Below, one piece after another: positions 9,321-19,293 of a DNA stretch of 64,000 bases. Below the pieces are notes generated by a model that had not been told where the DNA came from, did no database searches, and saw nothing but the letters and a program-made list of their open reading frames with translations. How positions within the stretch are numbered: the stretch's first letter is position 1; each line of letters starts with the position of its first letter. The translations under genes and the position numbers were made by a program. The DNA is from an uncultured Desulfospira sp. (GTDB taxonomy: Bacteria; Desulfobacterota; Desulfobacteria; Desulfobacterales; Desulfobacteraceae): the NCBI GenBank assembly GCA_963663165.1, contig OY760175.1, forward strand, positions 640,001 to 704,000, in the 5' to 3' direction.

Positions 9321-10843
9321 GCAAGCCTAGCCGACGCCCCAATCGTGAGGAGATAAAGGCCAAAAGAAAGCAGTTTAAAAAGGAGCAGAGAAAATTACGT
9401 CGGGATGAAGAGGCCAGGGGATTTCAGCCGCCCTCTCATGGCACAATTTCTAACTGCAAATGCCGATATGAAAGTGTAGAACAGGAGGGGCGCATCCGCA
9501 ATGAGGCCGTGGCTGAGAAAATGAGTATTTTTCGCGCTAAGCTGCCAATTCTGCTCAAACGTATGGCCAAGATTGAAGACCCTCGAAACCCTAAGAAGAT
9601 AAAACACCAAATATCCACACTCATGATCTATGGGATACTGACCTTTGTGTTTCAGATGGCTTCTTGCCGTGAGGCCAACAAAGAAATGAGCCGGCCGATG
9701 TTCTGGAAGAATCTTCAATATTTTTTCCCGGAGCTTGAAACGCTTCCCCATCATGATACGTTAAAACGCCTATTGTCTAAGATTGATATCAATCAAATCA
9801 AGAAGCTTCATCTCGATCTGGTCAGAGATCTGATCCGGAAAAAGAAATTTCGACGGTACCTGGTCAATGGCTGTTATCCGATTGCCATAGATGGTACCGG
9901 TAAATTCAAACGCGACTGGCTTTGGGATGAAGAGTGCCTGGAACGTAACATCAAGAAAGAGGATGGCACCAGGAAACAGTATCATGTCTATGTTCTGGAA
10001 GCTAATCTTGCGTTTTCCGATGGCATGAGCATTCCGCTGATAAGCGAAATCCTGAGCTACACCGAAGGAGATACCGCTAATGATAAGCAGGACTGCGAAC
10101 TCAAGGCGTTTTACCGGTTAGCCTCTTGCCTGAAGGCGGCATTTCCCGCCCTAAAAATTATGGTGCTTTTGGATGGGCTTTATGCCAAGGGCCCCGTGGC
10201 AGAAATTTGCCGAACAAACAAATGGCAGTTCATGATTGTACTGAAAGATGACGCTCTACCCAGCGTAATGAATGAATTTGAAACGCTTGCCGCACTCGAT
10301 ACAGAAAACTGCCACCAACACACATGGGGCAATAGGAAACAGGTTTTTCGGTGGATCAACGCCATTGACTACCGGTTTGGTCCGAACGGCAAGAAAAGTC
10401 AAATCCTGCACGTTGTTGAATGCAAAGAGAGCTGGAAAGAGGTTAGCCGGGAAAGCGGTCAACCGGAAAAGAAAAATAGTCGTCATGTGTGGTTGTCCAG
10501 CGAACCTTTGGACAGATTTAATCTTCACGAACGATGCAACATAGCCGCCCGTTCCCGTTGGTGTATTGAAACCGGTATTCTCGTTGAGAAACATCATGGA
10601 TATGAGTACGAGCACTGTTTTTCGTATGATTGGAACGTCATGAAGGGGTATCATGCCTTGATGCGCCTGGGCCATATGTTTAACGTTTTGGCCAGATACT
10701 CGCAGCGGCTTGCCAGGATTATTGAAGATACCGGCGCACGGGGCCTGATTCGTTTAGTCCGGGATACCATGTCCGGCCCGTGGCTGGATTACATGTGGCT
10801 GGAAGATCGTCTGTCCACTCCCTTTCAACTCCGATTAGTATGA
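9317..10843 (+). CDS. DDE transposase (RNase H fold, ISAs1/IS4-like)
   Basis: IEDPR..KIKH N-terminal motif, PHHDTL, catalytic candidates AIDGT, LLDGLY, RWCIE; lies inside the IRs; ATGA overlap with upstream gene. Confidence 0.9.
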   Translation: MSKPSRRPNREEIKAKRKQFKKEQRKLRRDEEARGFQPPSHGTISNCKCRYESVEQEGRIRNEAVAEKMSIFRAKLPILLKRMAKIEDPRNPKKIKHQISTLMIYGILTFVFQMASCREANKEMSRPMFWKNLQYFFPELETLPHHDTLKRLLSKIDINQIKKLHLDLVRDLIRKKKFRRYLVNGCYPIAIDGTGKFKRDWLWDEECLERNIKKEDGTRKQYHVYVLEANLAFSDGMSIPLISEILSYTEGDTANDKQDCELKAFYRLASCLKAAFPALKIMVLLDGLYAKGPVAEICRTNKWQFMIVLKDDALPSVMNEFETLAALDTENCHQHTWGNRKQVFRWINAIDYRFGPNGKKSQILHVVECKESWKEVSRESGQPEKKNSRHVWLSSEPLDRFNLHERCNIAARSRWCIETGILVEKHHGYEYEHCFSYDWNVMKGYHALMRLGHMFNVLARYSQRLARIIEDTGARGLIRLVRDTMSGPWLDYMWLEDRLSTPFQLRLV

Positions 10844-11204
10844 CGGCAACGACGGACGGGTAATCGAAAACACTCTCCCAAGCAGAGAGGTGGGAACGCT
10901 ATGTTCGGACCGAAGGACCGTCTTTCGTTTCGGCCATAGTCAGTGTCTGAAGGACTGCCTTTTTGAATTAAAAAAGGCTGGATCTCCCCCCAAAGGGAGT
11001 GGTTAGATCGACTAAAGCCAACCTTTTTTTATTCATGCGTCAGCACTGGTTCCGTAGTGCCCGATTTGTCAATCCATCGTATTCCTGATAATATAGCTGG
11101 TCATTTTTGATTTTAACACCCGTTAAATTGGAAAGGGTTTTTTCAATTTTTATTTTCGGTGGTCTAAGCCTGCTAACCCCTAAAGGATAAGCTTTCTTAA
11201 AAAT

Positions 11205-14200
11205 ATGATACCCAATTCTGACGCCCCCAATCCCTTTGAGCCTCTGATGGCGCAGCTTTCCCATGTGCCGGTCCATCAAACCGTGGTCCGGATTTTAGCG
11301 GTCCAGGTTTATGAAATGCGGCAAACTGACCTTTTGGATTGCCTTGAGCATCTTGGATGCCGGGACGAGATGGGCAACCCCTTTTCCTATAAAACCCTGG
11401 GGCCGGTTCTCAAAGCCCTGGTGGCCCAGAAGGCGGTTTTAGTAAACGATGACGGGCTTTCCTGTCCTGAAAATCTAGGAATCGAAATTCTAAAAGAACT
11501 GGCAGCCCGGGGCCAATATACCCGGATTGCCGATCAGGTCCTTAAAGTGGCCCCACTGGTTAAGCCCCAACTAGAACGGCATATTGAGTTCAGGACCATA
11601 AAAGAATTCGCCAGAGCTGTTTTTATGGCCTTGTTCAGTGATTCAGTCCTGGCAGACCCGGATCTTGTCCGAAGGTCCGGGCAGGAGATGGACAGAAAGA
11701 AACGCGGGAAAGAAACCGTGCTGCTCAAGGTCTTTGCCTCTTCTTTCAGGCCAGATTTCATTGACGGAATTTCATTGCCATGGCGATGGAAATTAACGGG
11801 CTGGATTCTGGAAGATATCCGAAAAAAACTGCTCCTTGTTCAAAGCGTCACAGATTATGCCCAACGCCTTGCATCCAAATATCCCGGGCTTGACCAGGAT
11901 ATGATTCTTGCCGATCATTACCTTTTAACCGGAAAACTTGATCTGATTGAAGACAATCCTTGTTTTGACCCGGAAGCGCCACCGCGTTTTTTTGTCCAGC
12001 AGGGGAAAAAGGCCCTGCTAAAGGGTCAAATATCCCAATCGATTTCCCTGTTCCGGCAGGGGCTTGACCGGCTCGAACAAGACCCCCCTTTCCGGCACTG
12101 TTTTCCCCACCCGGAAGACAATCTTTTTTTTCTTTTGGCCATTCTCGGCAGCGGCCGGGAACGGAACCCCGTCCCGGAAAAAGATTATCTGGATCAAATC
12201 AACTATTGGGTGGCAACGCAATCATCTGCCTTAGGGGAACTTTTCAAGGTCATCACAGGCCTTATTGTTCATCAGCCAAGATCCATTGTATCTTCAGAAT
12301 TTCAGGAGAAATCATCTTCTTTTATGAATGAAGATTACCTGGCTGCCTTTTTTTCTGTTTTGTTTAAAAGCTGGGCCCAGGAACCAGGGCTTGGCAGATA
12401 TCAAAAGGACCTTGAAACCATCCGGGAAAAATGTATAGATTTCGGCGCCGAATGGCTTTTGGCAGAAGTCTATTCCCTGATGGCCAGATTAAATTTTAAT
12501 TTTGATGTCAACAACGCCATTGCAGGACAACTGCACCGGGACATGGGGACGGTGAGTCTGCTGGATTTATTCGTCCCGGCAGCCCAGTGGAAAAAGCCCC
12601 TGGCCCTTTTGGCAGGCATGGGAACGGGGGGGGCAGAAAACCTTGACCGGGCTTGCGATCATCCCCAGGACCAGCGGCTTGTCTGGCAGTTGATTGTGGA
12701 TGACCGGGCCAATGGCTGCCGCCTTATTCCCTGTATTCAGCTTAAAACCCCCAAAGGGTGGTCCAAACCAAAATTTTTGGATATCCGGGAATTATACCGC
12801 AATTACCTGACCCTTGATTTTTTAACCCCCCAGGACCATCACATCTGTGCCGCCATTGAGAAAAAGCCCGGCCTGCCCTATGGTGATTCCCCTATATTTG
12901 AGTTTAACCTTGAAAAGGCCCTGCCGGCCCTTGCCGGCCATCCGCTGATTTTTTCAAAACAAAATTTTGTGCAGCCTGTCACACTGGCAATCGGCGAACC
13001 CCGGCTGTGTCTGACCTGGAAAAACCAGCACATTCATATTTTTATGGACCCCATGCCGGGCCATCCGCTGCCAGGGCTTTGTCTGATTGAGGAATCGTCC
13101 TTTAGGTATAAAATCATCCGGTTTAACATGGACCAGATCAACATGGCCCGGCTGTTAAAAGACCGGGGGCTGGTCATTCCGGAAAAAGAAGAAAAAAGTA
13201 TTGAACAGGCTATTTCTTCTGTGTCTTCCTTTATGGCGGTCCATTCCGATCTCAAGGTGGCATCTACCCAGGAATTTGCTGACATGACAGCCGATGCCGC
13301 CATTCATGTACTGTTAACCCCCTTTAAAAAGGGACTGGTCATGGAAACAAGGGTCAATCCCTTAAAAGATGATCTCACCTTTTTTCTGCCAGGCCAGGGC
13401 AGCCGGTATATTTTCAGGGAAACCGGCCATACCAAAATCAGGACCACCCGTGATCTTGAACAGGAAACCGATCATCTTAAAAAAATTATCAAGGCCTGTC
13501 CGACCCTTGAAACCTGCCGGGAATATCAAGGAGAATGGCACACCGATGATCCCGAACAGATCCTAGAACTGTTAACGGAGTTAAAAAACTGCCAAGAACC
13601 CATGGTCTTAAAATGGCCAAAGGAATCCAAATGGCTGATCCGGCATGAGAACAGCCTGTCCGACCTGTCCTTGTCCATTCAAAAGGACCGGCAGTGGTTC
13701 AAGGCCCGGGGTTCGGTTCAAATCGACAAGGATACCCGTATTGAACTGTTCCGGTTCATGGAGATGCTCGAATCGTCATACGGCCGGTTCATCCCCTTGG
13801 ACGACGGCTCGTTTTTGGCCATTACCGAGTCGTTGAAGCGAAGGATTGAGGAACTCAAGGCCTTTTCCACCCCCCATGGAACGGATTTGCTGTTTTCTCC
13901 TTTGGCCGCACCGGCCATAGAGGAACTTGCGGACCAGGCCGGACACCTTGACACCGATCTTGCCTGGAAGACCCATTGCCGGAACCTTAAACAGGATATT
14001 CAAACCACCATCCCCGCCTCCCTGACAGCGGTGTTAAGAGATTATCAGGTGACCGGGTTTCACTGGCTTTGCCGGCTTGCTCACTGGCAGGTGGGCGGTT
14101 GCCTGGCCGACGACATGGGGCTTGGCAAAACCGTTCAGTCCCTTGCCGGAATCCTGGTCAATGCCCATCAGGGTCCGTCCCTGGTTGTGGCCCCTTTATC

Positions 14201-15410
14201 GGTTTTAAACAACTGGGAAAAAGAAGCCAAAGCCTTTACTTCAAAGCTTTCCCCGTTAATCTTTGGCGGCAGAAACCGGCAGGAATTTTTAGATAACCTC
14301 GGGCCCTTTGACCTGGTCATCTGCAGCTACGGCCTTCTTCAGACCGAACGTAAAAAACTGGCCGGGATAACCTGGCAGACCATTGTCCTGGACGAAGCCC
14401 AGGCCATTAAGAACCGGAAAACCAAACGCTCCAAAGCGGCCATGGCATTAACCGGCAAATTCAGGCTGATCACCACGGGCACACCGATTGAAAACCATTT
14501 AGAAGAACTGTGGACCCTGTTTAATTTCTTAAATCCCGGGTTGCTCGGTACATTTCAGCGGTTTAAGACCGCCTTTGTCCTGCCCATTGAGGGGAATCAG
14601 GATCCTGAGGCCGCCGGCCGGTTAAGAAAGCTGATCCGCCCGTTTCTGCTTCGCCGGAAAAAAGACGATGTTCTCAAAGAACTGCCGGAAAAAACAGAGG
14701 TGACCCTCCAGATTGAAATGAGCCGGGAAGAATCGCTTCTCTATGAGGCCCAGCGATTGAAATCCCTTCAAAACATCTCTGAGTTCAAAGACAGCCCCCA
14801 TCAAAAACATTTCAGGGTCCTGGCGGAACTGACCCGGCTGCGGCGGCTGTGCTGCAACCCGTCCCTGGTGCTGCCGGACACCCGTGTGGAAAGTTCCAAA
14901 CTCAAGGTATTCATGGATACGGTCAGAGAACTCAAGGAGAACCATCACAGGGCCCTGGTCTTCAGCCAGTTTGTGGGGCATCTGGATATTTTACGGCATG
15001 CCCTTTCAAAAGAAGGATTTTCCTTTCAATATCTGGACGGGGCCACCCCTCAAAAAGAGCGTATTTTAAGGATTCAAGAATTTCAGGAAGGGCAGGGGGA
15101 TCTGTTCCTCATCAGCCTTAAGGCCGGCGGTACCGGCCTTAACCTGACAGCCGCCGATTATGTGATTCATATGGACCCCTGGTGGAACCCGGCCGTGGAA
15201 GATCAGGCATCAGACCGGGCCCACCGGATCGGGCAGACCCGTCCGGTCACCGTCTACCGTTTAGTGGTCAAAGATTCCATAGAAGAACGGATCATGGACC
15301 TTCACAGTGAAAAACGGGACCTGGCCCAAAGCCTTCTGGCCCAGAGTGAATTTGCAGGGAAGCTTTCCACCGCAGAGCTTCTGGCCTTAATGCAGGGGAA
15401 AAAACCTTAG
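11205..15410 (+). CDS. Large SNF2-family helicase/ATPase
   Basis: LRDYQ, LADDMGLGKT, LDEAQAIKN, TGTPIEN, LVFSQF, SLKAGGTGLNL, DPWWNPAVEDQASDRAHRIGQ. Confidence 0.93.
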   Translation: MIPNSDAPNPFEPLMAQLSHVPVHQTVVRILAVQVYEMRQTDLLDCLEHLGCRDEMGNPFSYKTLGPVLKALVAQKAVLVNDDGLSCPENLGIEILKELAARGQYTRIADQVLKVAPLVKPQLERHIEFRTIKEFARAVFMALFSDSVLADPDLVRRSGQEMDRKKRGKETVLLKVFASSFRPDFIDGISLPWRWKLTGWILEDIRKKLLLVQSVTDYAQRLASKYPGLDQDMILADHYLLTGKLDLIEDNPCFDPEAPPRFFVQQGKKALLKGQISQSISLFRQGLDRLEQDPPFRHCFPHPEDNLFFLLAILGSGRERNPVPEKDYLDQINYWVATQSSALGELFKVITGLIVHQPRSIVSSEFQEKSSSFMNEDYLAAFFSVLFKSWAQEPGLGRYQKDLETIREKCIDFGAEWLLAEVYSLMARLNFNFDVNNAIAGQLHRDMGTVSLLDLFVPAAQWKKPLALLAGMGTGGAENLDRACDHPQDQRLVWQLIVDDRANGCRLIPCIQLKTPKGWSKPKFLDIRELYRNYLTLDFLTPQDHHICAAIEKKPGLPYGDSPIFEFNLEKALPALAGHPLIFSKQNFVQPVTLAIGEPRLCLTWKNQHIHIFMDPMPGHPLPGLCLIEESSFRYKIIRFNMDQINMARLLKDRGLVIPEKEEKSIEQAISSVSSFMAVHSDLKVASTQEFADMTADAAIHVLLTPFKKGLVMETRVNPLKDDLTFFLPGQGSRYIFRETGHTKIRTTRDLEQETDHLKKIIKACPTLETCREYQGEWHTDDPEQILELLTELKNCQEPMVLKWPKESKWLIRHENSLSDLSLSIQKDRQWFKARGSVQIDKDTRIELFRFMEMLESSYGRFIPLDDGSFLAITESLKRRIEELKAFSTPHGTDLLFSPLAAPAIEELADQAGHLDTDLAWKTHCRNLKQDIQTTIPASLTAVLRDYQVTGFHWLCRLAHWQVGGCLADDMGLGKTVQSLAGILVNAHQGPSLVVAPLSVLNNWEKEAKAFTSKLSPLIFGGRNRQEFLDNLGPFDLVICSYGLLQTERKKLAGITWQTIVLDEAQAIKNRKTKRSKAAMALTGKFRLITTGTPIENHLEELWTLFNFLNPGLLGTFQRFKTAFVLPIEGNQDPEAAGRLRKLIRPFLLRRKKDDVLKELPEKTEVTLQIEMSREESLLYEAQRLKSLQNISEFKDSPHQKHFRVLAELTRLRRLCCNPSLVLPDTRVESSKLKVFMDTVRELKENHHRALVFSQFVGHLDILRHALSKEGFSFQYLDGATPQKERILRIQEFQEGQGDLFLISLKAGGTGLNLTAADYVIHMDPWWNPAVEDQASDRAHRIGQTRPVTVYRLVVKDSIEERIMDLHSEKRDLAQSLLAQSEFAGKLSTAELLALMQGKKP

Positions 15411-15724
15411 GTTAAGACGCCCACCGGAGACATGTCCCTTTTTTTCCTGTTCTTGCTCATAATCTTGCTCGTGCTCAATTTGGTGCATGAAAGAGATTCC
15501 AAGACAACCGGCCATTCAATTCCAGGGTAAAAATTCAAAAGAACCAGGCAGAACAGGAATTTATCCATTTATTTACTTGCTTTTCTTCTCCTTCATTGAT
15601 ATAAAGGCAAATTGTACTCATCTTCCCGACTGATTTTTCTGAAAATAAACGCTAAATGCCACCATTTAGCCGGACAAAACAGATCTGGAAGACGGGTAAA
15701 ATTCGACAAGGGAGATTAATTTTA

Positions 15725-17542
15725 ATGAACAACATTGCTGAAGAAAACGAAAATCAAAACATGAATACCGAACAAATGGAGAAACCGCTGGAAACTTCTG
15801 ATGCCGGGATTGAAATCACCGGGGAAGAAACCATGGAAGAACTTCTGGACATTTACGAGTCCAGCCTGAAAAAATTTGAAGAGGGCCAGGTGGTCACAGG
15901 AACTGTCATCTCTGTTGGCAGGGAAACGGTTCTGGTTGATGTGGGATACAAGTCAGAAGGACAGATCTCCATTCAGGAATTCATTGATGAAGAAGGCAAT
16001 GTCAACGTCAATGTCAACGACCAGTTTGAGGTCATGATCGAGGTTTGGGACGAGGAAGAAGAGACGGTTCTGCTTTCCCGTGAAAAAGCCAAGAAGGTCA
16101 AAGTCTGGGATGCCATCAAAGATGTTTACGATGAAGACGGAATCATCGAAGGTGTCATTGTCTCCAGGGTTAAAGGCGGCTTTTCAGTTGATATCGGGTT
16201 GACGGCTTTTCTGCCCGGATCACAGGCTGATCTGCGCCCCATTCGGAACATGGACGAGATGGTCGGTCAGACCTATGAGTTCAAGATCCTCAAATACAAT
16301 AAAAAAAGAAACAACATTGTCCTGTCCAGAAGGGTGCTGCTTGAAGCTGAACGTGACAAGCTCAGAAGTGCAACCCTTCAGGCCATTGAAAATGACAAGG
16401 TCATGGAAGGCATCGTTAAAAATATTACCGAATACGGTGTGTTTGTCGATCTTGGCGGCGTGGACGGACTGCTTCATATTACGGATATTTCATGGGGACG
16501 GGTCAAACATCCTTCAGAACTGTTTAATGTGGGAGATCAGATCACCGTCAAAATACTGTCCTTTGACTTTGAAAGAGAACGGGTTTCTCTGGGCATGAAA
16601 CAACTGACCCCGGATCCCTGGACCACTGCGGCAGAAAAATATCCCATCGACTCCAAGGTTACCGGCAGGGTAGTCAGCCTGACCGATTACGGCGCATTTA
16701 TTGAACTTGAAGAAGGTGTTGAAGGGCTGATCCACGTTTCTGAAATGTCCTGGACCCGCAAGATCCGACATCCGTCCCAGATGGTTACCGTGGGCGAAGA
16801 GGTGGAAGCGGTTGTCCTTGATCTTAAGCCGGAAAACAGAAGGATTTCCCTGGGCATCAAACAGACCGTTGACAACCCCTGGGAAGTCATTTCCCAGAAA
16901 TATCCGGTGGGAACCATCATTGAAGGAAAAATCAAAAACATCACTGAATTCGGCCTTTTCATCGGAATTGACGATGACATCGACGGTCTGGTTCACATCT
17001 CTGATATTTCCTGGACCAAACGGATTAAACATCCTTCAGAAATCTATAAGAAAAACGACACCATTCAGGCCGTTGTTCTGGATATCGACAAAACCAACGA
17101 AAGATTCTCCCTTGGCATCAAACAGACCCAGGCAGATCCATGGGATACCGTTGGAGAACGGTATGAAGTCGGCAAAGAAATTTCCGGTGTCATCACCAAC
17201 CTGACGGATTTCGGTGTTTTTGTTGAACTGGAAGAAGGGATTGAAGGCCTTGTCCATGTTTCGGAAATCAGCAAAGAAAATGTGAAAAGCCCCAAAGAGC
17301 ATTATCAGATTGGAGAAACCATTACGGCCAAAGTGATGAACATCAATTCTGATGAAAGACGGATCGGGCTTTCCATTAAGCGGCTTGAAGAAGATGATGA
17401 CGACAAATATCTTGAAGAATTTGCCAAGAACATGAAGCCTGCAACATCTTCTTTCGGCGCCATTTTGGGCAACAGTATCCAGGAGCAGATCGAAGCCAAT
17501 AAAGCCCAGGAAAAAGAAGATTCCGAAGACGATCAGGAATAA
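15725..17542 (+). CDS. rpsA: 30S ribosomal protein S1
   Basis: Six S1 repeats (VDVGYKSEG, YGVFVDLGGVDGLLHITDISW, EGLIHVSEMSW); ATG 15725 follows GGAG. Confidence 0.97.
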   Translation: MNNIAEENENQNMNTEQMEKPLETSDAGIEITGEETMEELLDIYESSLKKFEEGQVVTGTVISVGRETVLVDVGYKSEGQISIQEFIDEEGNVNVNVNDQFEVMIEVWDEEEETVLLSREKAKKVKVWDAIKDVYDEDGIIEGVIVSRVKGGFSVDIGLTAFLPGSQADLRPIRNMDEMVGQTYEFKILKYNKKRNNIVLSRRVLLEAERDKLRSATLQAIENDKVMEGIVKNITEYGVFVDLGGVDGLLHITDISWGRVKHPSELFNVGDQITVKILSFDFERERVSLGMKQLTPDPWTTAAEKYPIDSKVTGRVVSLTDYGAFIELEEGVEGLIHVSEMSWTRKIRHPSQMVTVGEEVEAVVLDLKPENRRISLGIKQTVDNPWEVISQKYPVGTIIEGKIKNITEFGLFIGIDDDIDGLVHISDISWTKRIKHPSEIYKKNDTIQAVVLDIDKTNERFSLGIKQTQADPWDTVGERYEVGKEISGVITNLTDFGVFVELEEGIEGLVHVSEISKENVKSPKEHYQIGETITAKVMNINSDERRIGLSIKRLEEDDDDKYLEEFAKNMKPATSSFGAILGNSIQEQIEANKAQEKEDSEDDQE

Positions 17543-17653
17543 CCATAATCTATAATTTTTCGGGAAGGCTGTATCCCGGGATTCAGATTCAAAGGCCGGA
17601 CGAAAACCCATTTTCTTCCGGCCTTTTATTGTTTTAGCTTCAGTTAAGGAAAT

Positions 17654-18562
17654 ATGTTTATGTTTGCCAGACGCCACCCGCTTTTATTTTTCTTCATGGT
17701 TATTGCCCTTTGCATGAGCCTTGGGTTTGTAGCATTTGCCGGGCTGATCGTTGCAGGCACCACAATGATGAACAAGGGGATGTCCGGAAAGTATTCAGCC
17801 CCTGCCGGAAATATAGGCATTGTTGAAATTACCGGCCCCATTATCTCATCTAAACGAATCATAGAAGATATTGTCCAGTTTCGAAAGGATGAGCAGATCC
17901 AGGCCATCATCCTTCGCATTGACAGCCCCGGCGGCGGTGTCGCCGCTTCCCAGGAAATATACCGGGAATTGATCAAAACCCGGGAAAGCAAAAAAATCAT
18001 TGCATCCATGGGGGCTGTGGCCGCCTCAGGCGGATACTATATTGCTGCCGCAGCCCAGGGCATCATGGCGAATCCGGGAACCATAACGGGCAGCATCGGC
18101 GTCATTATGGAATATGCCAATTTAATGGAAATTGCCAAGAAAATCGGCATATCCCCCATTGTTATCAAAAGCGGGGAATTCAAGGATATGGGATCGCCCT
18201 TGCGAGAACTCAAAGAGAACGAGAAAAAACTGTTTCAGGCCCTGGTGGACGAGCTTCACCTTCAGTTTATCAAAGATGCGGCAAGCGCCCGGAATATGAA
18301 AGAAGAGGAGATGGCCAAACTGGCCGACGGCAGGGTTTACAGCGGCCAGACCGCCATGGAACTCAACCTTGTGGATCGTTTGGGGAATCTGGACGACGCG
18401 GTTCAGTGGGCCGGTGAAATGGCCATGATCCAGGAGGAACTCAAGCCAGTTTATCCCAAAGAAGACCAGCTGGGTTTATTCAAAAAACTGGCTAAAAATT
18501 TACTCAAAGATTTCAATATCTCCGGCACCTTGTCGGATAATTTCGGGTTCGTCATCAATTAG
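17654..18562 (+). CDS. sppA: Signal peptide peptidase SppA (S49)
   Basis: RIDSPGG, AASGGYY, GSIGV, KSGEFKD; follows rpsA. Confidence 0.93.
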   Translation: MFMFARRHPLLFFFMVIALCMSLGFVAFAGLIVAGTTMMNKGMSGKYSAPAGNIGIVEITGPIISSKRIIEDIVQFRKDEQIQAIILRIDSPGGGVAASQEIYRELIKTRESKKIIASMGAVAASGGYYIAAAAQGIMANPGTITGSIGVIMEYANLMEIAKKIGISPIVIKSGEFKDMGSPLRELKENEKKLFQALVDELHLQFIKDAASARNMKEEEMAKLADGRVYSGQTAMELNLVDRLGNLDDAVQWAGEMAMIQEELKPVYPKEDQLGLFKKLAKNLLKDFNISGTLSDNFGFVIN

Positions 18563-19108
18563 TGAGACCACAGAAGACGGCTGATCCGGAACCGGGCCGC
18601 CGTCGATAACCATATCCAGACGGCTGCCGAAATAATCGTCGATCAGAGAGGCATCCTGGAACACCCGGCCTTCAGGATCCGTGGCGCTGGTGGAGATAAT
18701 CGGGTTCCCCAAAAGGTTGGTCAGGGCGATGGCAATGGCATGATCCGGAACCCTTATACCAGCGGTTTTCCGCTTCGTGAGCATGATCTTCGGCACCATT
18801 TTAGACCCGGGCAGAATAAAGGTATAGGGGCCCGGCAGCATTCTTTTCATGGTCCGGTAGGCCGCATTGGACACCTTGGCGTATTTGGCAATATCTTTGA
18901 GGTCCGGGCAGATAAAACTAAAGGGCTTGTTTTTATTGCGCTGTTTAAGGGCATAAATTTTTTCAATGGCTTTTTTATCCATGATATTACAGCCAATACC
19001 GTAAAAGGTATCGGTCGGGTAGGCCAAAACCCCGCCCTTTTTCAGGATATCAACAGCCTGCGAAATCAACCGTTCCTGAGGATTATATGGATTAATCAGC
19101 AGCAGCAT
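18500..19108 (-). CDS. TsaC/Sua5/YrdC-family threonylcarbamoyl-AMP synthase
   Basis: YPTDTFYGIGC, K.R...KPFS, LPGPYTFIL, GIRVPD, STSA. Confidence 0.92.
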   Translation of the reverse strand: MLLLINPYNPQERLISQAVDILKKGGVLAYPTDTFYGIGCNIMDKKAIEKIYALKQRNKNKPFSFICPDLKDIAKYAKVSNAAYRTMKRMLPGPYTFILPGSKMVPKIMLTKRKTAGIRVPDHAIAIALTNLLGNPIISTSATDPEGRVFQDASLIDDYFGSRLDMVIDGGPVPDQPSSVVSLIDDEPEIIRQGAGDIEIFE

Positions 19109-19293
19109 CGGATAAGCCCGGTATAAAAAATTAATCGTTCAAACACTAAACAAACTGATATGGGACAATATAAGCAAAGCAGCACGATGTCAATAAAAGG
19201 TTGACAGACCCAAGGCATAAAGGCGGAAGAATGGATTGCAAAATTTCTTTGGCCTAATCACCTAACCACTGTATCGGATAAAAGGGGGCTGAT

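Larger units (their letters stand above)
8272..11048 (+). mobile_element. Two-gene insertion sequence (DDE, ISAs1/IS4-superfamily-like), 2,777 bp
   Basis: 17-bp perfect terminal IRs CAGTGCTGACGCATGAA (8272-8288) and TTCATGCGTCAGCACTG (11032-11048); 9-bp direct repeat GTTCCGTAG at 8263-8271 and 11049-11057. Confidence 0.95.

Noticed and set aside
8445..15410. Druantia-like defence system (DruA-like gene near a large helicase)
   Set aside because: The DUF4338 gene lies inside IS ends with a target duplication, so the adjacency results from insertion. The helicase is SNF2-type rather than DruE-like, and no druBCD-like genes are present.
15656..15724. N-terminal extension of RpsA given by the ORF track
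   Set aside because: ATG 15725 has a GGAG RBS and the upstream segment looks like a structured leader.
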